From positions 1,290,001-1,322,000 of the forward strand of contig NC_003364.1 of the NCBI RefSeq assembly GCF_000007225.1: DNA of 32,000 nucleotides, written 5' to 3'. Position 1 is the first letter of the stretch. Every line of letters begins with the position of its first letter. Made by a program: the position numbers and the translations under genes. The notes under the pieces were generated by a model. The model saw only the letters and a program-made list of their open reading frames with translations, had not been told where the DNA came from and made no database searches. The DNA is from Pyrobaculum aerophilum str. IM2 (GTDB taxonomy: Archaea; Thermoproteota; Thermoprotei; Thermoproteales; Thermoproteaceae). This document shows positions 24,369-31,871 of this stretch, piece after piece.

Positions 24369-24854
24369 TCAACACTTTGCAATCACCGAGTAAATGGTTT
24401 CAAAAAACAAGTGCAATTTCGCCACTTTAACAATAACGCACTGAGCCCTCAATGCCTCTAAGATAAAATCCGCCCTCCCCAGAGAGCTAAAAGTCGCGAT
24501 TACCGCCCGAGGCCTAGTAATTGAAATCCATCTTAAAAATCTAGACACGACGCCTGCATCGTGTATTGATACATCTATCGGCTCTTCTGGGGGCAAATAC
24601 GGCATATTGAAAACTGCCACATCAGCCCTCCTCACAGCCCTCCCAACATCGCTACACACAACGTCTATTGTCCAATTACAAGTCTTGCAAGCCTCTATAT
24701 CGATATCTGTCGCCACAGTTTCTCTACATTTTGTCGCGAGTTTTTCGGCTATTATACAGGAGCCAGTGCCCACGTCTACACAAATATCCGCACCGCCTAA
24801 TTCTTCTACAACCTCCAACGTCAAGTAGCTATCTTCTGACGGCTTATAGGGCAT
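24369..24854 (-). CDS. SAM-dependent methyltransferase, HemK/Mtq2-like (release-factor glutamine N5-methyltransferase family)
   Basis: 161 aa. N-terminus YKPSEDSYL, motif I VDVGTGSCIIA, ATDID, and motif IV FNMPYLPPE (an NPPY variant, NMPY). Confidence 0.7.
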   Translation of the reverse strand: MPYKPSEDSYLTLEVVEELGGADICVDVGTGSCIIAEKLATKCRETVATDIDIEACKTCNWTIDVVCSDVGRAVRRADVAVFNMPYLPPEEPIDVSIHDAGVVSRFLRWISITRPRAVIATFSSLGRADFILEALRAQCVIVKVAKLHLFFETIYSVIAKC

Positions 24855-25683
24855 TATGCAAAGGGACGAGGTAAAAGAGCGACGGGATGACGAAGAAGAG
24901 GAGAAGCGCCCGCACTAAAGAGGCCTCGTAGGTTGTGCCCACCTCCAGGGAATACACCGAGGCGAAGACTGTTGCAGTGAGGAGTAGAGCTACGAAAAGC
25001 AAGATTTGTGACACAGTGATTAGGTACGTGTACTCAAGAGAGCGGGCTATTTGTACTATTGTTAAGTGGGCGGCTGGGTACAGAGCGATGGGGAATACGC
25101 CTATGGCTGTTTTAAAAGGCGATATCTTTCTATGTGATAAGAAATAAACAGCGGATATCAAAATTGTCAGAGACAGAAGAGAAGACGCTATTGAGAGGGG
25201 GGCAGAGAGGCCTAACGACAGCGGAAGGTAGTAGCCTATGTATAAAACGTATATCATTGAAAGAGGCGGGTTTTGAAGACCTCCTATTACAAGCGCGATA
25301 ACCCAAGTGGCTAGGAGAATAGATGCGGTTATTGTTAGCCGTGGGGACATTAATAGCCATATCACTAGAGGCCTGAGGCCCAAGACTGAAATAAAGTCTA
25401 GAGATTTTAAAGGCGCCGCAGTAGAAATAATAGAGGCCACTCTCTCGCCCAACTCTGTGAGAGCCACTAGGGAGTCTTCTCTTCTCACAACCCCCAGTTT
25501 TTCAAGCGCTGATAGCTCGAATAATAATGTGGAGGGGGATATGCCCAGCGTAGCGCGTAGTTTTGAAAGCGTAAGCGGGCCCTCCTTATGCAACAGTAAA
25601 ATAATATCGCGCCGCTTACCTGTGGCGGCTCCGTAAATTATCCTGTCCACGGTGAATTTGGGGCTGTTTTTAATAATTGACAT
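24844..25683 (-). CDS. Winged-helix (ArsR-like) domain fused to a polytopic membrane domain
   Basis: 279 aa. N-terminal wHTH RRDIILLLHKEGPLTLSKLRATLGISPSTLLFELSALEKLGVV. About six hydrophobic segments follow. 11-nt overlap with the downstream methyltransferase gene. Confidence 0.6.
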   Translation of the reverse strand: MSIIKNSPKFTVDRIIYGAATGKRRDIILLLHKEGPLTLSKLRATLGISPSTLLFELSALEKLGVVRREDSLVALTELGERVASIISTAAPLKSLDFISVLGLRPLVIWLLMSPRLTITASILLATWVIALVIGGLQNPPLSMIYVLYIGYYLPLSLGLSAPLSIASSLLSLTILISAVYFLSHRKISPFKTAIGVFPIALYPAAHLTIVQIARSLEYTYLITVSQILLFVALLLTATVFASVYSLEVGTTYEASLVRALLLFFVIPSLFYLVPLHNAL

Positions 25684-25732
25684 GTACCACTAAAGCGAAA
25701 ATGTTAAATACCCCTATAGTCATGGGCTAGCC

Positions 25733-26011
25733 ATGGCAACAGAACAGACAATACTAGTAGGGAAGAAACCAACAACAAACTACGTAATAGCCACGGTAAT
25801 GGCGTTCAACGCCGGCGTTAAAAAAGTGGTGTTAAAAGCCAGAGGTGCTGCCATCTCAAAGGCAGTCTCTACAGCTGTCATGGTGAGAGATAGGTTCCTA
25901 CCGGGCAAGGTGCAGATAAAAGACATTAAATTGCTTAGTGACAAGGTTCAGGGGCAAGGAGGCAGGGAAAGAACTGTAGCGGCAATTGAAGTAGTACTAG
26001 AAATGGCATAA
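25733..26011 (+). CDS. albA: Chromatin/RNA-binding protein Alba (Sso10b family)
   Basis: 92 aa: ILVGKKPTTNYVIATVMAFNAGVKKVVLKARGAAISKAVSTAVMVRDRF...TVAAIEVVL. Confidence 0.95.
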   Translation: MATEQTILVGKKPTTNYVIATVMAFNAGVKKVVLKARGAAISKAVSTAVMVRDRFLPGKVQIKDIKLLSDKVQGQGGRERTVAAIEVVLEMA

Positions 26012-26435
26012 CATTTTTTCCGCGCCACAGCCTCTCTGTCCTCGCCCGCCACACGCTTCTCCCTCCCGTTGTATTTCCCTAAATACCTCTTAAGAGACAT
26101 GTCGTATGGCAATACGTAGCGGAACCCCCTTAGCGCCACCCTCCGCCACCACTGCGTCAACGCCGTAAAAAGCGCCTTGCGAGAAACACCCCCGCGAAAC
26201 GCCGAATTTTCTGGGCAGGAAAAAGGCCTCTGGTAGCGCCACTTTTACACACGCCGCCTTGACTGTCATCGCCCCTATGCGCCACTTTAATCCAGTCGTC
26301 CACAAGCTTTATCTCTGGCTTTAGGTACACTCCCTGCGGCGTGTCGAATACATAAAATGCGGCCATTTTTTCGCCCACTCTACACACAGCCTTTTTCTCC
26401 GTCACGAAACAGGACATGGGCCCCCCACCCTCCAT
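25948..26435 (-). pseudogene. Gene split into three frames by two G-run frameshifts (possible paREP2a-type partner of the neighbouring gene)
   Basis: Track ORFs 26157..26435, 26090..26305 and 25948..26160 are consecutive minus-strand frames. Each is protein-like only up to or from a G-run (plus-strand C4 at 26271-26274 and C5 at 26125-26129). Removing one G at each run gives one ORF of about 160 aa: ...KLVDDWIKVAHRAMTVKAACVKVALPEAFF...VVAEGGAKGFRYVLPYDMSLKRYLGKYNG... Confidence 0.55.
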
Positions 26436-26507
26436 CCCCCAGAAAGCCCTCCTCAGGGCGTATTTGCTGATTAGCTGTTCTGCGTATTTCTCAGTACTCC
26501 GCCAAGC

Positions 26508-27998
26508 TTGCTGAAAGCGCTTGTCCCAGAGCTACCCACGTTGCACAAGCTTAGGGACGCCCTTGCAGAATTCGCCGACTCGTTTAGTGTTGTCACCAAC
26601 GAGGTGGTTAAAAGGGAATTCGGCATTGACTTGGCGTACGACGTGAGGAACAAAAGTTTTTCAAAAATAGAGGAAGCTGTCACAATGACAGAGGATTACG
26701 TCTACAAAAACATCGCCGTAAGGAGGGGGCCACTAGACACTAGCGGGGACTATCCGAAGACCGTAATCCGCTTGAAGCTGGGAGGGGAGGAGGTGGCCTA
26801 CATTAACATGTACTGGACTGGTATGGCACTACAAGCCAAGTTCGTCGGCTCTCGCGAAAACGTCGAACATCTGGCCTCTATCATCAGGGCACTTGGAGGT
26901 AAGGCGGAGATCAAACGCATGGGTAACGGATGGGGAGTTGAGCTCACCACAGACGGCATAATTGCCATTCGCCACAACGGTTGGCTGAATGCGGTGAGGA
27001 GCTTTGTGGAGGATCTTCGCGAGTACGGGAAGCGTCACGGCAAAGAGCTGATTAACAAGGAGAGGTATGAAAAGATAATTAAAGACATAGAGGCCGGCCC
27101 CAACACAGTTAAATTCGCCGGAGCGGAGTTCTCGGTTTATTATAAAGGTAGCAAAATAATGGTAGAATATCAACCGACTAGCGAGACGTCTAAAAACGCC
27201 GCTGTAAGCACGTTAAGGGCCAAAGGACTGAGGGAGGGAGAGCACTTCACTGTAACAAAACAAGGCGTTTACGAAATTCGCGTAACGGGCGAGTCGTATG
27301 CCAAGGCCGTTGAGGCGCTGGCGCAGAGCGGACTGAAAGAGGGCGAACAATACGCCGTTGATGGCAGAAGGCACGTAATCCGCGTCAAGGCGGAGCATAA
27401 AGACGCCGTTGTAAACGCCTTGAAGGCGGCAGGGCTGGGGGAGGGCAAACACTTCGCCACAAGGAGTAGCGGACACCACGTGATCCACATCACTTACGAT
27501 GGCCTTCGCGAAATTCAGCGCATGGCGCTAAAAGGCGATGTGGAGGCGGAGCACTTCATTAGGGGGCTTAAGGACGTTTTGAAACGCCGATACGGCGACG
27601 ATGCAGTGAAGAAGATGATAGAGGTGATTACGCCCGCGAGGGAGGAGGGGACGATAGAGCTACCGCTAGCGGCACGCGACGAAAAGGGCAGCGTGGTAGC
27701 CCGTATTGTTGGCCTGAAATACGAATTTGTTGAAAACGGCAAGCCCGTAAGCCAGTGTAGCGGAAAGGACTGCCGCCTCCGCATAATCGCGGAGTACGAA
27801 ACGGGAGCAGAAAGGGAGCAGTTCAAGATGGAGTGGTATTGGAAGAAGAAACTGGAAAAGAGGGGTGGGACAACGATTACGTATTACTACGAAATCGCTG
27901 TCATTTACCTCAAAGACGTAGTAGAAGTCGCCGTGTCGAAGGCGTTGACTGGGAAGGACGTAAAAAAGGCAATGTGCAACTCTATGCCAGCGATTTAG
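26508..27998 (+). CDS. Large lineage-specific repeat-containing protein (paREP2b-like, function unknown)
   Basis: 496 aa from TTG 26508. Contains tandem ~37-aa modules. Its size, its location next to a short divergent partner and my recollection of the Pyrobaculum paREP2 families suggest paREP2b, but this is not verified. The C-terminus appears frameshifted at an A6 run (see findings). Confidence 0.6.
   Translation: MLKALVPELPTLHKLRDALAEFADSFSVVTNEVVKREFGIDLAYDVRNKSFSKIEEAVTMTEDYVYKNIAVRRGPLDTSGDYPKTVIRLKLGGEEVAYINMYWTGMALQAKFVGSRENVEHLASIIRALGGKAEIKRMGNGWGVELTTDGIIAIRHNGWLNAVRSFVEDLREYGKRHGKELINKERYEKIIKDIEAGPNTVKFAGAEFSVYYKGSKIMVEYQPTSETSKNAAVSTLRAKGLREGEHFTVTKQGVYEIRVTGESYAKAVEALAQSGLKEGEQYAVDGRRHVIRVKAEHKDAVVNALKAAGLGEGKHFATRSSGHHVIHITYDGLREIQRMALKGDVEAEHFIRGLKDVLKRRYGDDAVKKMIEVITPAREEGTIELPLAARDEKGSVVARIVGLKYEFVENGKPVSQCSGKDCRLRIIAEYETGAEREQFKMEWYWKKKLEKRGGTTITYYYEIAVIYLKDVVEVAVSKALTGKDVKKAMCNSMPAI
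27189..27506 (+). repeat. Three tandem protein-level repeats (~37 aa each) inside the paREP2b-like ORF
   Basis: NAAVSTLRAKGLREGEHFTVTKQGVYEIRVTGES / YAKAVEALAQSGLKEGEQYAVDGRRHVIRVKAEH / KDAVVNALKAAGLGEGKHFATRSSGHHVIHITYDG. A weaker fourth copy lies upstream (HLASIIRALGGKAEIKRMGNGWGVELT). Confidence 0.65.
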
Positions 27999-28099
27999 AC
28001 GCCTTGCGCAAATTTAAAGCGTTGAAAGACGCTATAGACAAGTGGCGCAAAGGAAAACCTAAATGACCACAAGCTTAAAAGTCGCTTCCTCCAACAGCA

Positions 28100-29377
28100 T
28101 TGATGGCCCTCTCCGAGGCGGTAAGCAAACTCCCCGGCTTAAGGATTTACAACCCTCCTTACGGCGAGTTTACTATTTCTAAAGTCCTGAAGGAGTCTGA
28201 GGGGAGATGGACTCCTTTGTTTAAAGGCGTAAAACCCGGCTATGTGGGAGTTGGCAATATTATTGATACACGGGCTAAGTTGTATCAATACCTCGGCGCT
28301 AAAGACGATGAAGAAGCTTATAACAAATTACTATCAGCCGCCGAAAGCCCATTGGCTGTGGAAAAAGTATCGACGTGGCGTGATGTGTACAAAACTGTGG
28401 ACTCGCTTTACGACCTCCCCATGGTTAGGTATTACGAGAAAGAGGCCCGTCCGTATATAACGGCTGGGATTGTCATAGGGGCTGGGCCAGACGGAGTTTA
28501 TAACGCCTCGATACACAGGTTCTCGCCCGTGGGGAGCAGGAAGGCCGTCATAAGGCTCGTTCCCAGGCATTTATACCACATATACAAGTCGAGTATTGAG
28601 AGAGGAAGGGAGGTGCCTGTGGCAGTGGCGTGGGGAGTGCACCCATTGGTACTTCTCGCCGCAGCTTCCTCCCCGCCCTATGGCGTTTTTGAGCTAACAG
28701 TGGCGTCGCGCCTCATGGGGGGGTTAAAAGTCGTCGAGCTAGACAATGGAGCTCTGGCGCCTTTTTTGTCGTCGGTAATAATCGAGGGCTTTATAACTGC
28801 CGAACAAGCCGAGGAGGGGCCTTTTGTTGACATAGTCGGCGTATATGACAGAGTGAGGCTTCAGCCAGTTGTTAGAATTGAGAGAATATATGTGCTCCGG
28901 GAGGAGGCCTATGTCCACTACTTGTTGCCAGCGGGTTTAGAACATATGTTATTAATGGGCTTTGAGAGAGAGGCTAAGATATGGAGAGCGGTCAAGTCAG
29001 TGGTTCCGCGGGTGAAGAAGGTGAGGCTCACCAGAGGCGGCTTCGGCTGGCTAGTTGCTGTAATCTCGCTGGAGAAATCTGTGGAGGGTGATGCTAAAAA
29101 CGCCTTGTTAGCCGCCTTTGCGGCGCATCCCAGTTTAAAAATCGCAATCGCCGTCGATAGCGATATAGACCCCGACGATCCTCTTGACGTGGAGTGGGCC
29201 ATAGCCACAAGGCTTAGAGCTGATAGGGGGCTTTTCGTAATACCCTACGCCAGAGGATCAACTCTCGATCCCGTCGCTTTAAACGAAGAGGGCTTGACTT
29301 ATAAAATAGGAATAGACGCAACGAGACCGCTTGACGCAGATCCCGTCCTTTTTGAGCGTGCCCGAATACCGGAATAG
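28100..29377 (+). CDS. UbiD-family decarboxylase; by context, candidate anhydromevalonate phosphate decarboxylase of the archaeal mevalonate pathway
   Basis: 425 aa (TTG 28100, or ATG 28103 with a better-placed TATA gcttaaaag). UbiD-like blocks YITAGIVIGAGPDGVYNASIHRF, AVIRLVPRHLYHI and PFVDIVGVYD. It lies immediately upstream of the AcnX large and small subunit genes. Confidence 0.8.
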   Translation: MMALSEAVSKLPGLRIYNPPYGEFTISKVLKESEGRWTPLFKGVKPGYVGVGNIIDTRAKLYQYLGAKDDEEAYNKLLSAAESPLAVEKVSTWRDVYKTVDSLYDLPMVRYYEKEARPYITAGIVIGAGPDGVYNASIHRFSPVGSRKAVIRLVPRHLYHIYKSSIERGREVPVAVAWGVHPLVLLAAASSPPYGVFELTVASRLMGGLKVVELDNGALAPFLSSVIIEGFITAEQAEEGPFVDIVGVYDRVRLQPVVRIERIYVLREEAYVHYLLPAGLEHMLLMGFEREAKIWRAVKSVVPRVKKVRLTRGGFGWLVAVISLEKSVEGDAKNALLAAFAAHPSLKIAIAVDSDIDPDDPLDVEWAIATRLRADRGLFVIPYARGSTLDPVALNEEGLTYKIGIDATRPLDADPVLFERARIPE

Positions 29378-29405
29378 ACATTATATATTCCATTAATATT
29401 GTGAC

Positions 29406-30527
29406 GTGTCGCGGTATTTCGCGCGTGAAGTGGTTTTAAAAATAGCCGATGCGGTGTCTGGAGGCGAGGTAGTGCCAGTGGAGACGGCCCACATATCGGG
29501 CGTGTCTTATTTCACAATAGGAGAGTATGGAGTAGAATTTCTCGAATTTCTTGCAAGCTCCGGGGCCAGGGTGTCGGTGTTCACAACGTCTAACCCCGCC
29601 GTTGTGGATATAAGCGGCTTTCTGGCTGTGGATGAAAAGATGGCAAGAGGCCAAGAGAGGATATACAAGGCGCTGAGATCGATGGGCGTGAGCGTCACAT
29701 ACTCGTGTACGCCCTACGAGTTTATTCTGACAAGATCGCGCACGTTTCACGCGTGGGCTGAGTCCAGCGCCGTTGCATATATTAACACTTTTCGCGACGC
29801 GTGGTCAGATAAGAACCCAGGGCCATTGGCGTTATTAGGCGCTATCGCTGGGTTTGTGCCAAAAACTGCTTTATACACCCTGGAGGGGAGGCGCCCTACA
29901 GCAGTAGTGGAAATAGAACACGGCCCCTTAGAGGCTTTGGAGGCTGGGATTGTGGGGGCTGTTTTGGGAGAGCGTATGGGGTTCGGCATACCTTATATCA
30001 GAGGTGCCTTGTTTGCAGACGAAGAGAGCAGGCGGGAGTTTGCCGCATCTCTATCCACTTATTCCGCCATGGTTTTTGCAGTAATTGAGGGGATTACTCC
30101 CAATTGGCGCCAGTATTTAGAAATTGCCGACTTCCGGGACAAATTCAAGATAGATTCCAGGGACATATCAAGTTATTTAAAAGACGCGGAGACGCCCGAC
30201 GTAATATACTTCGGCTGCCCATTTGCTGATATCGATACTGTGTTGTGGGTGTTGAGTGAAGTGAAAAAGAGGGGGCCTGCCAGGAGGCCGATATACATTT
30301 CCACGTCCCCCGGCGTGTATGGACAGATAAGAAAACTCGCGGATGAGATGAGGGAGTACAACGTGAATATATTCTCGGGGTCGTGTTTAGTAGTCTCGCC
30401 GTATACTAGGAATTTTAAAGTCGTTGCGACAGATTCGCTTAAGGCGGCTTTTTACATACCTAGATTACATGGAGTAAGAGTAGTCCCGTGTAGACGTATG
30501 GGATGTCTAGAGTTGGCATATGCTTAA
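29406..30527 (+). CDS. Aconitase X large subunit (DUF521); candidate phosphomevalonate dehydratase large subunit
   Basis: 373 aa from GTG 29406. DUF521-like N-terminus VETAHISGVSYFTIGEYGVEFLEFLASSGARVSVFTTSNP. Several conserved-looking Cys residues. 8-nt overlap with the small subunit gene. Confidence 0.8.
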   Translation: MSRYFAREVVLKIADAVSGGEVVPVETAHISGVSYFTIGEYGVEFLEFLASSGARVSVFTTSNPAVVDISGFLAVDEKMARGQERIYKALRSMGVSVTYSCTPYEFILTRSRTFHAWAESSAVAYINTFRDAWSDKNPGPLALLGAIAGFVPKTALYTLEGRRPTAVVEIEHGPLEALEAGIVGAVLGERMGFGIPYIRGALFADEESRREFAASLSTYSAMVFAVIEGITPNWRQYLEIADFRDKFKIDSRDISSYLKDAETPDVIYFGCPFADIDTVLWVLSEVKKRGPARRPIYISTSPGVYGQIRKLADEMREYNVNIFSGSCLVVSPYTRNFKVVATDSLKAAFYIPRLHGVRVVPCRRMGCLELAYA

Positions 30528-30870
30528 GCCCTTAGTGAAAGGGAGGGGGCGCGTAAGGGCCGAAGTGGTAAAAATAACATCGCCTGTGTCGTTGCTGGGG
30601 GACTTGGATCCTGAGGCCGGCAAGCTGGCTGGCGTTGACGTAGTTGGGAAAATTGCCGCGTTGCCGTATGTCAAGGGCTCTACAGTGGGGCCTTATGTGT
30701 TGTGGGGCGCGGCGAGGAGGGGAAAGGCGCCCTTAGCCATAGTGGCTCAAAAACCCGATTTAATGCTAATTTCCGCCTGCGTCCTCGCAGGTATTCCGCT
30801 TTTTCAAGGCGTTCTTGAAGAGGGGTGTGTTAATATAGATCTTGAAACTGGGGCGTATGACAAGTGTTGA
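30520..30870 (+). CDS. Aconitase X small (swivel) subunit (DUF126); candidate phosphomevalonate dehydratase small subunit
   Basis: 116 aa: ITSPVSLLGDLDPEAGKL...GKIAALPYVKGSTVGPYVLWGAARRGKAPLAIV. Confidence 0.8.
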   Translation: MLKPLVKGRGRVRAEVVKITSPVSLLGDLDPEAGKLAGVDVVGKIAALPYVKGSTVGPYVLWGAARRGKAPLAIVAQKPDLMLISACVLAGIPLFQGVLEEGCVNIDLETGAYDKC

Positions 30871-31150
30871 GAGGGACATTGCGGCTAGATTGGCGTTATT
30901 AATGTTAGAAGAACTCGCATTGAGAAAAAACGGCAAGATAAAGGACAAGTATTGGAAAACTTATAGAATGGTTGTGTTTTGGCTAGGTAAAGAGGTAGCC
31001 GATGGAATTGTGAGGAAATTAATTGAGGGAGGGTTTATTAAAATAGAGGGTAAGTATATAGTCTTAGTAAAGCGTTTTTCCCACGGCAAGTCGCTTAACG
31101 CTATTCTGAGGGAGGCCTACAACCTCCTCTCCACTGGAATAAGGCGATAA
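30842..31150 (+). CDS. Small winged-helix-like protein coupled to the AcnX operon
   Basis: 102 aa from TTG 30842, or 97 aa from ATG 30857. The start overlaps the AcnX small subunit stop by 14-29 nt. C-terminal half VADGIVRKLIEGGFIKIEGKYIVLVKRF is wing-like. The 3' end overlaps the AGOG 3' end by 50 nt. Confidence 0.5.
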   Translation: MKLGRMTSVERDIAARLALLMLEELALRKNGKIKDKYWKTYRMVVFWLGKEVADGIVRKLIEGGFIKIEGKYIVLVKRFSHGKSLNAILREAYNLLSTGIRR

Positions 31151-31871
31151 CCTCTTTAGGCACGCCGTGGAGGTTTTCACCATAGAGCACTGCCCTGCCA
31201 GCTAGCCACAATAGAGTATCTAAGTGTAGAGGGGGGATGCCGGTCTCCCTCGCCACGGCATCCCATATTTTTTGCACTGCCTCATAGCGGCGTAAGGCTT
31301 CCTCGGGGGGAAAATCTATTAGGCCTGCGCACCAAGTAAGACGGGCGACTCTGTAGTCAACGGGTATGGGGATGTCAAACGGCAAGACTCTATTAACGCC
31401 TCTACTACACATATAGGCATAGTTCAGTATTTTTATCGTGAAAACCAAGGTCTTTTGCTCGCGTCTGGCTCCTACAATGTGCGAAAGTTGGCGTAGTGTA
31501 AGACCTAGGTCTTCAAGATTTGGCACATAGTCGCATGCCTTCAATGCCCTCTTCTTCCTGGCCTCCACGCCAATTTTAAGAAAAGGGCTTGTCTCTATGT
31601 ACTTAAGGAAATCTCTGCACAAGTCTATAACTTCCAGCTGGGAGAAATACTTCCCAAAATACTCCCAATGCTCCTCCCCCTTACCAGTGAGTCTATAACT
31701 TATTAACGCGTTTAACATAGCTAGCCTTGATCCCACAGTCTCTCCGTGTCTTTTTACGACGTTGCATACGGCGCGGTATTGCGGGTCGCGCCTTTCTAAC
31801 TTCAAAACCTCCTCTATGCCCAAACGTCTTAACGTCTCAATTACTCTTTTTAATTGCGACTCTGCGGCCAT
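31101..31871 (-). CDS. agog: Archaeal GO-glycosylase (AGOG), 8-oxoguanine DNA glycosylase/lyase
   Basis: 256 aa. The length and sequence match my recollection of the Pyrobaculum aerophilum AGOG (HhH-GPD superfamily): MAAESQLKRVIETLRRLGIEEVLK..., RREQKTLVFTIKILNYAY, DIPIPVDYRVARLT. Confidence 0.85.
   Translation of the reverse strand: MAAESQLKRVIETLRRLGIEEVLKLERRDPQYRAVCNVVKRHGETVGSRLAMLNALISYRLTGKGEEHWEYFGKYFSQLEVIDLCRDFLKYIETSPFLKIGVEARKKRALKACDYVPNLEDLGLTLRQLSHIVGARREQKTLVFTIKILNYAYMCSRGVNRVLPFDIPIPVDYRVARLTWCAGLIDFPPEEALRRYEAVQKIWDAVARETGIPPLHLDTLLWLAGRAVLYGENLHGVPKEVIALFQWRGGCRPPSE

Noticed and set aside
27833-28066. 77-aa track ORF as an independent gene.
   Set aside because: Its first ~45 codons are arginine-rich nonsense overlapping the paREP2b-like frame. 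Only the last 32 codons look protein-like, and they are better explained as the frameshifted C-terminus of the upstream gene.
31101-31150. 50-nt convergent overlap of the AGOG and wHTH gene 3' ends as a regulatory antisense arrangement.
   Set aside because: It may simply reflect an over-long call for the weaker wHTH ORF. Nothing in the sequence distinguishes these possibilities.
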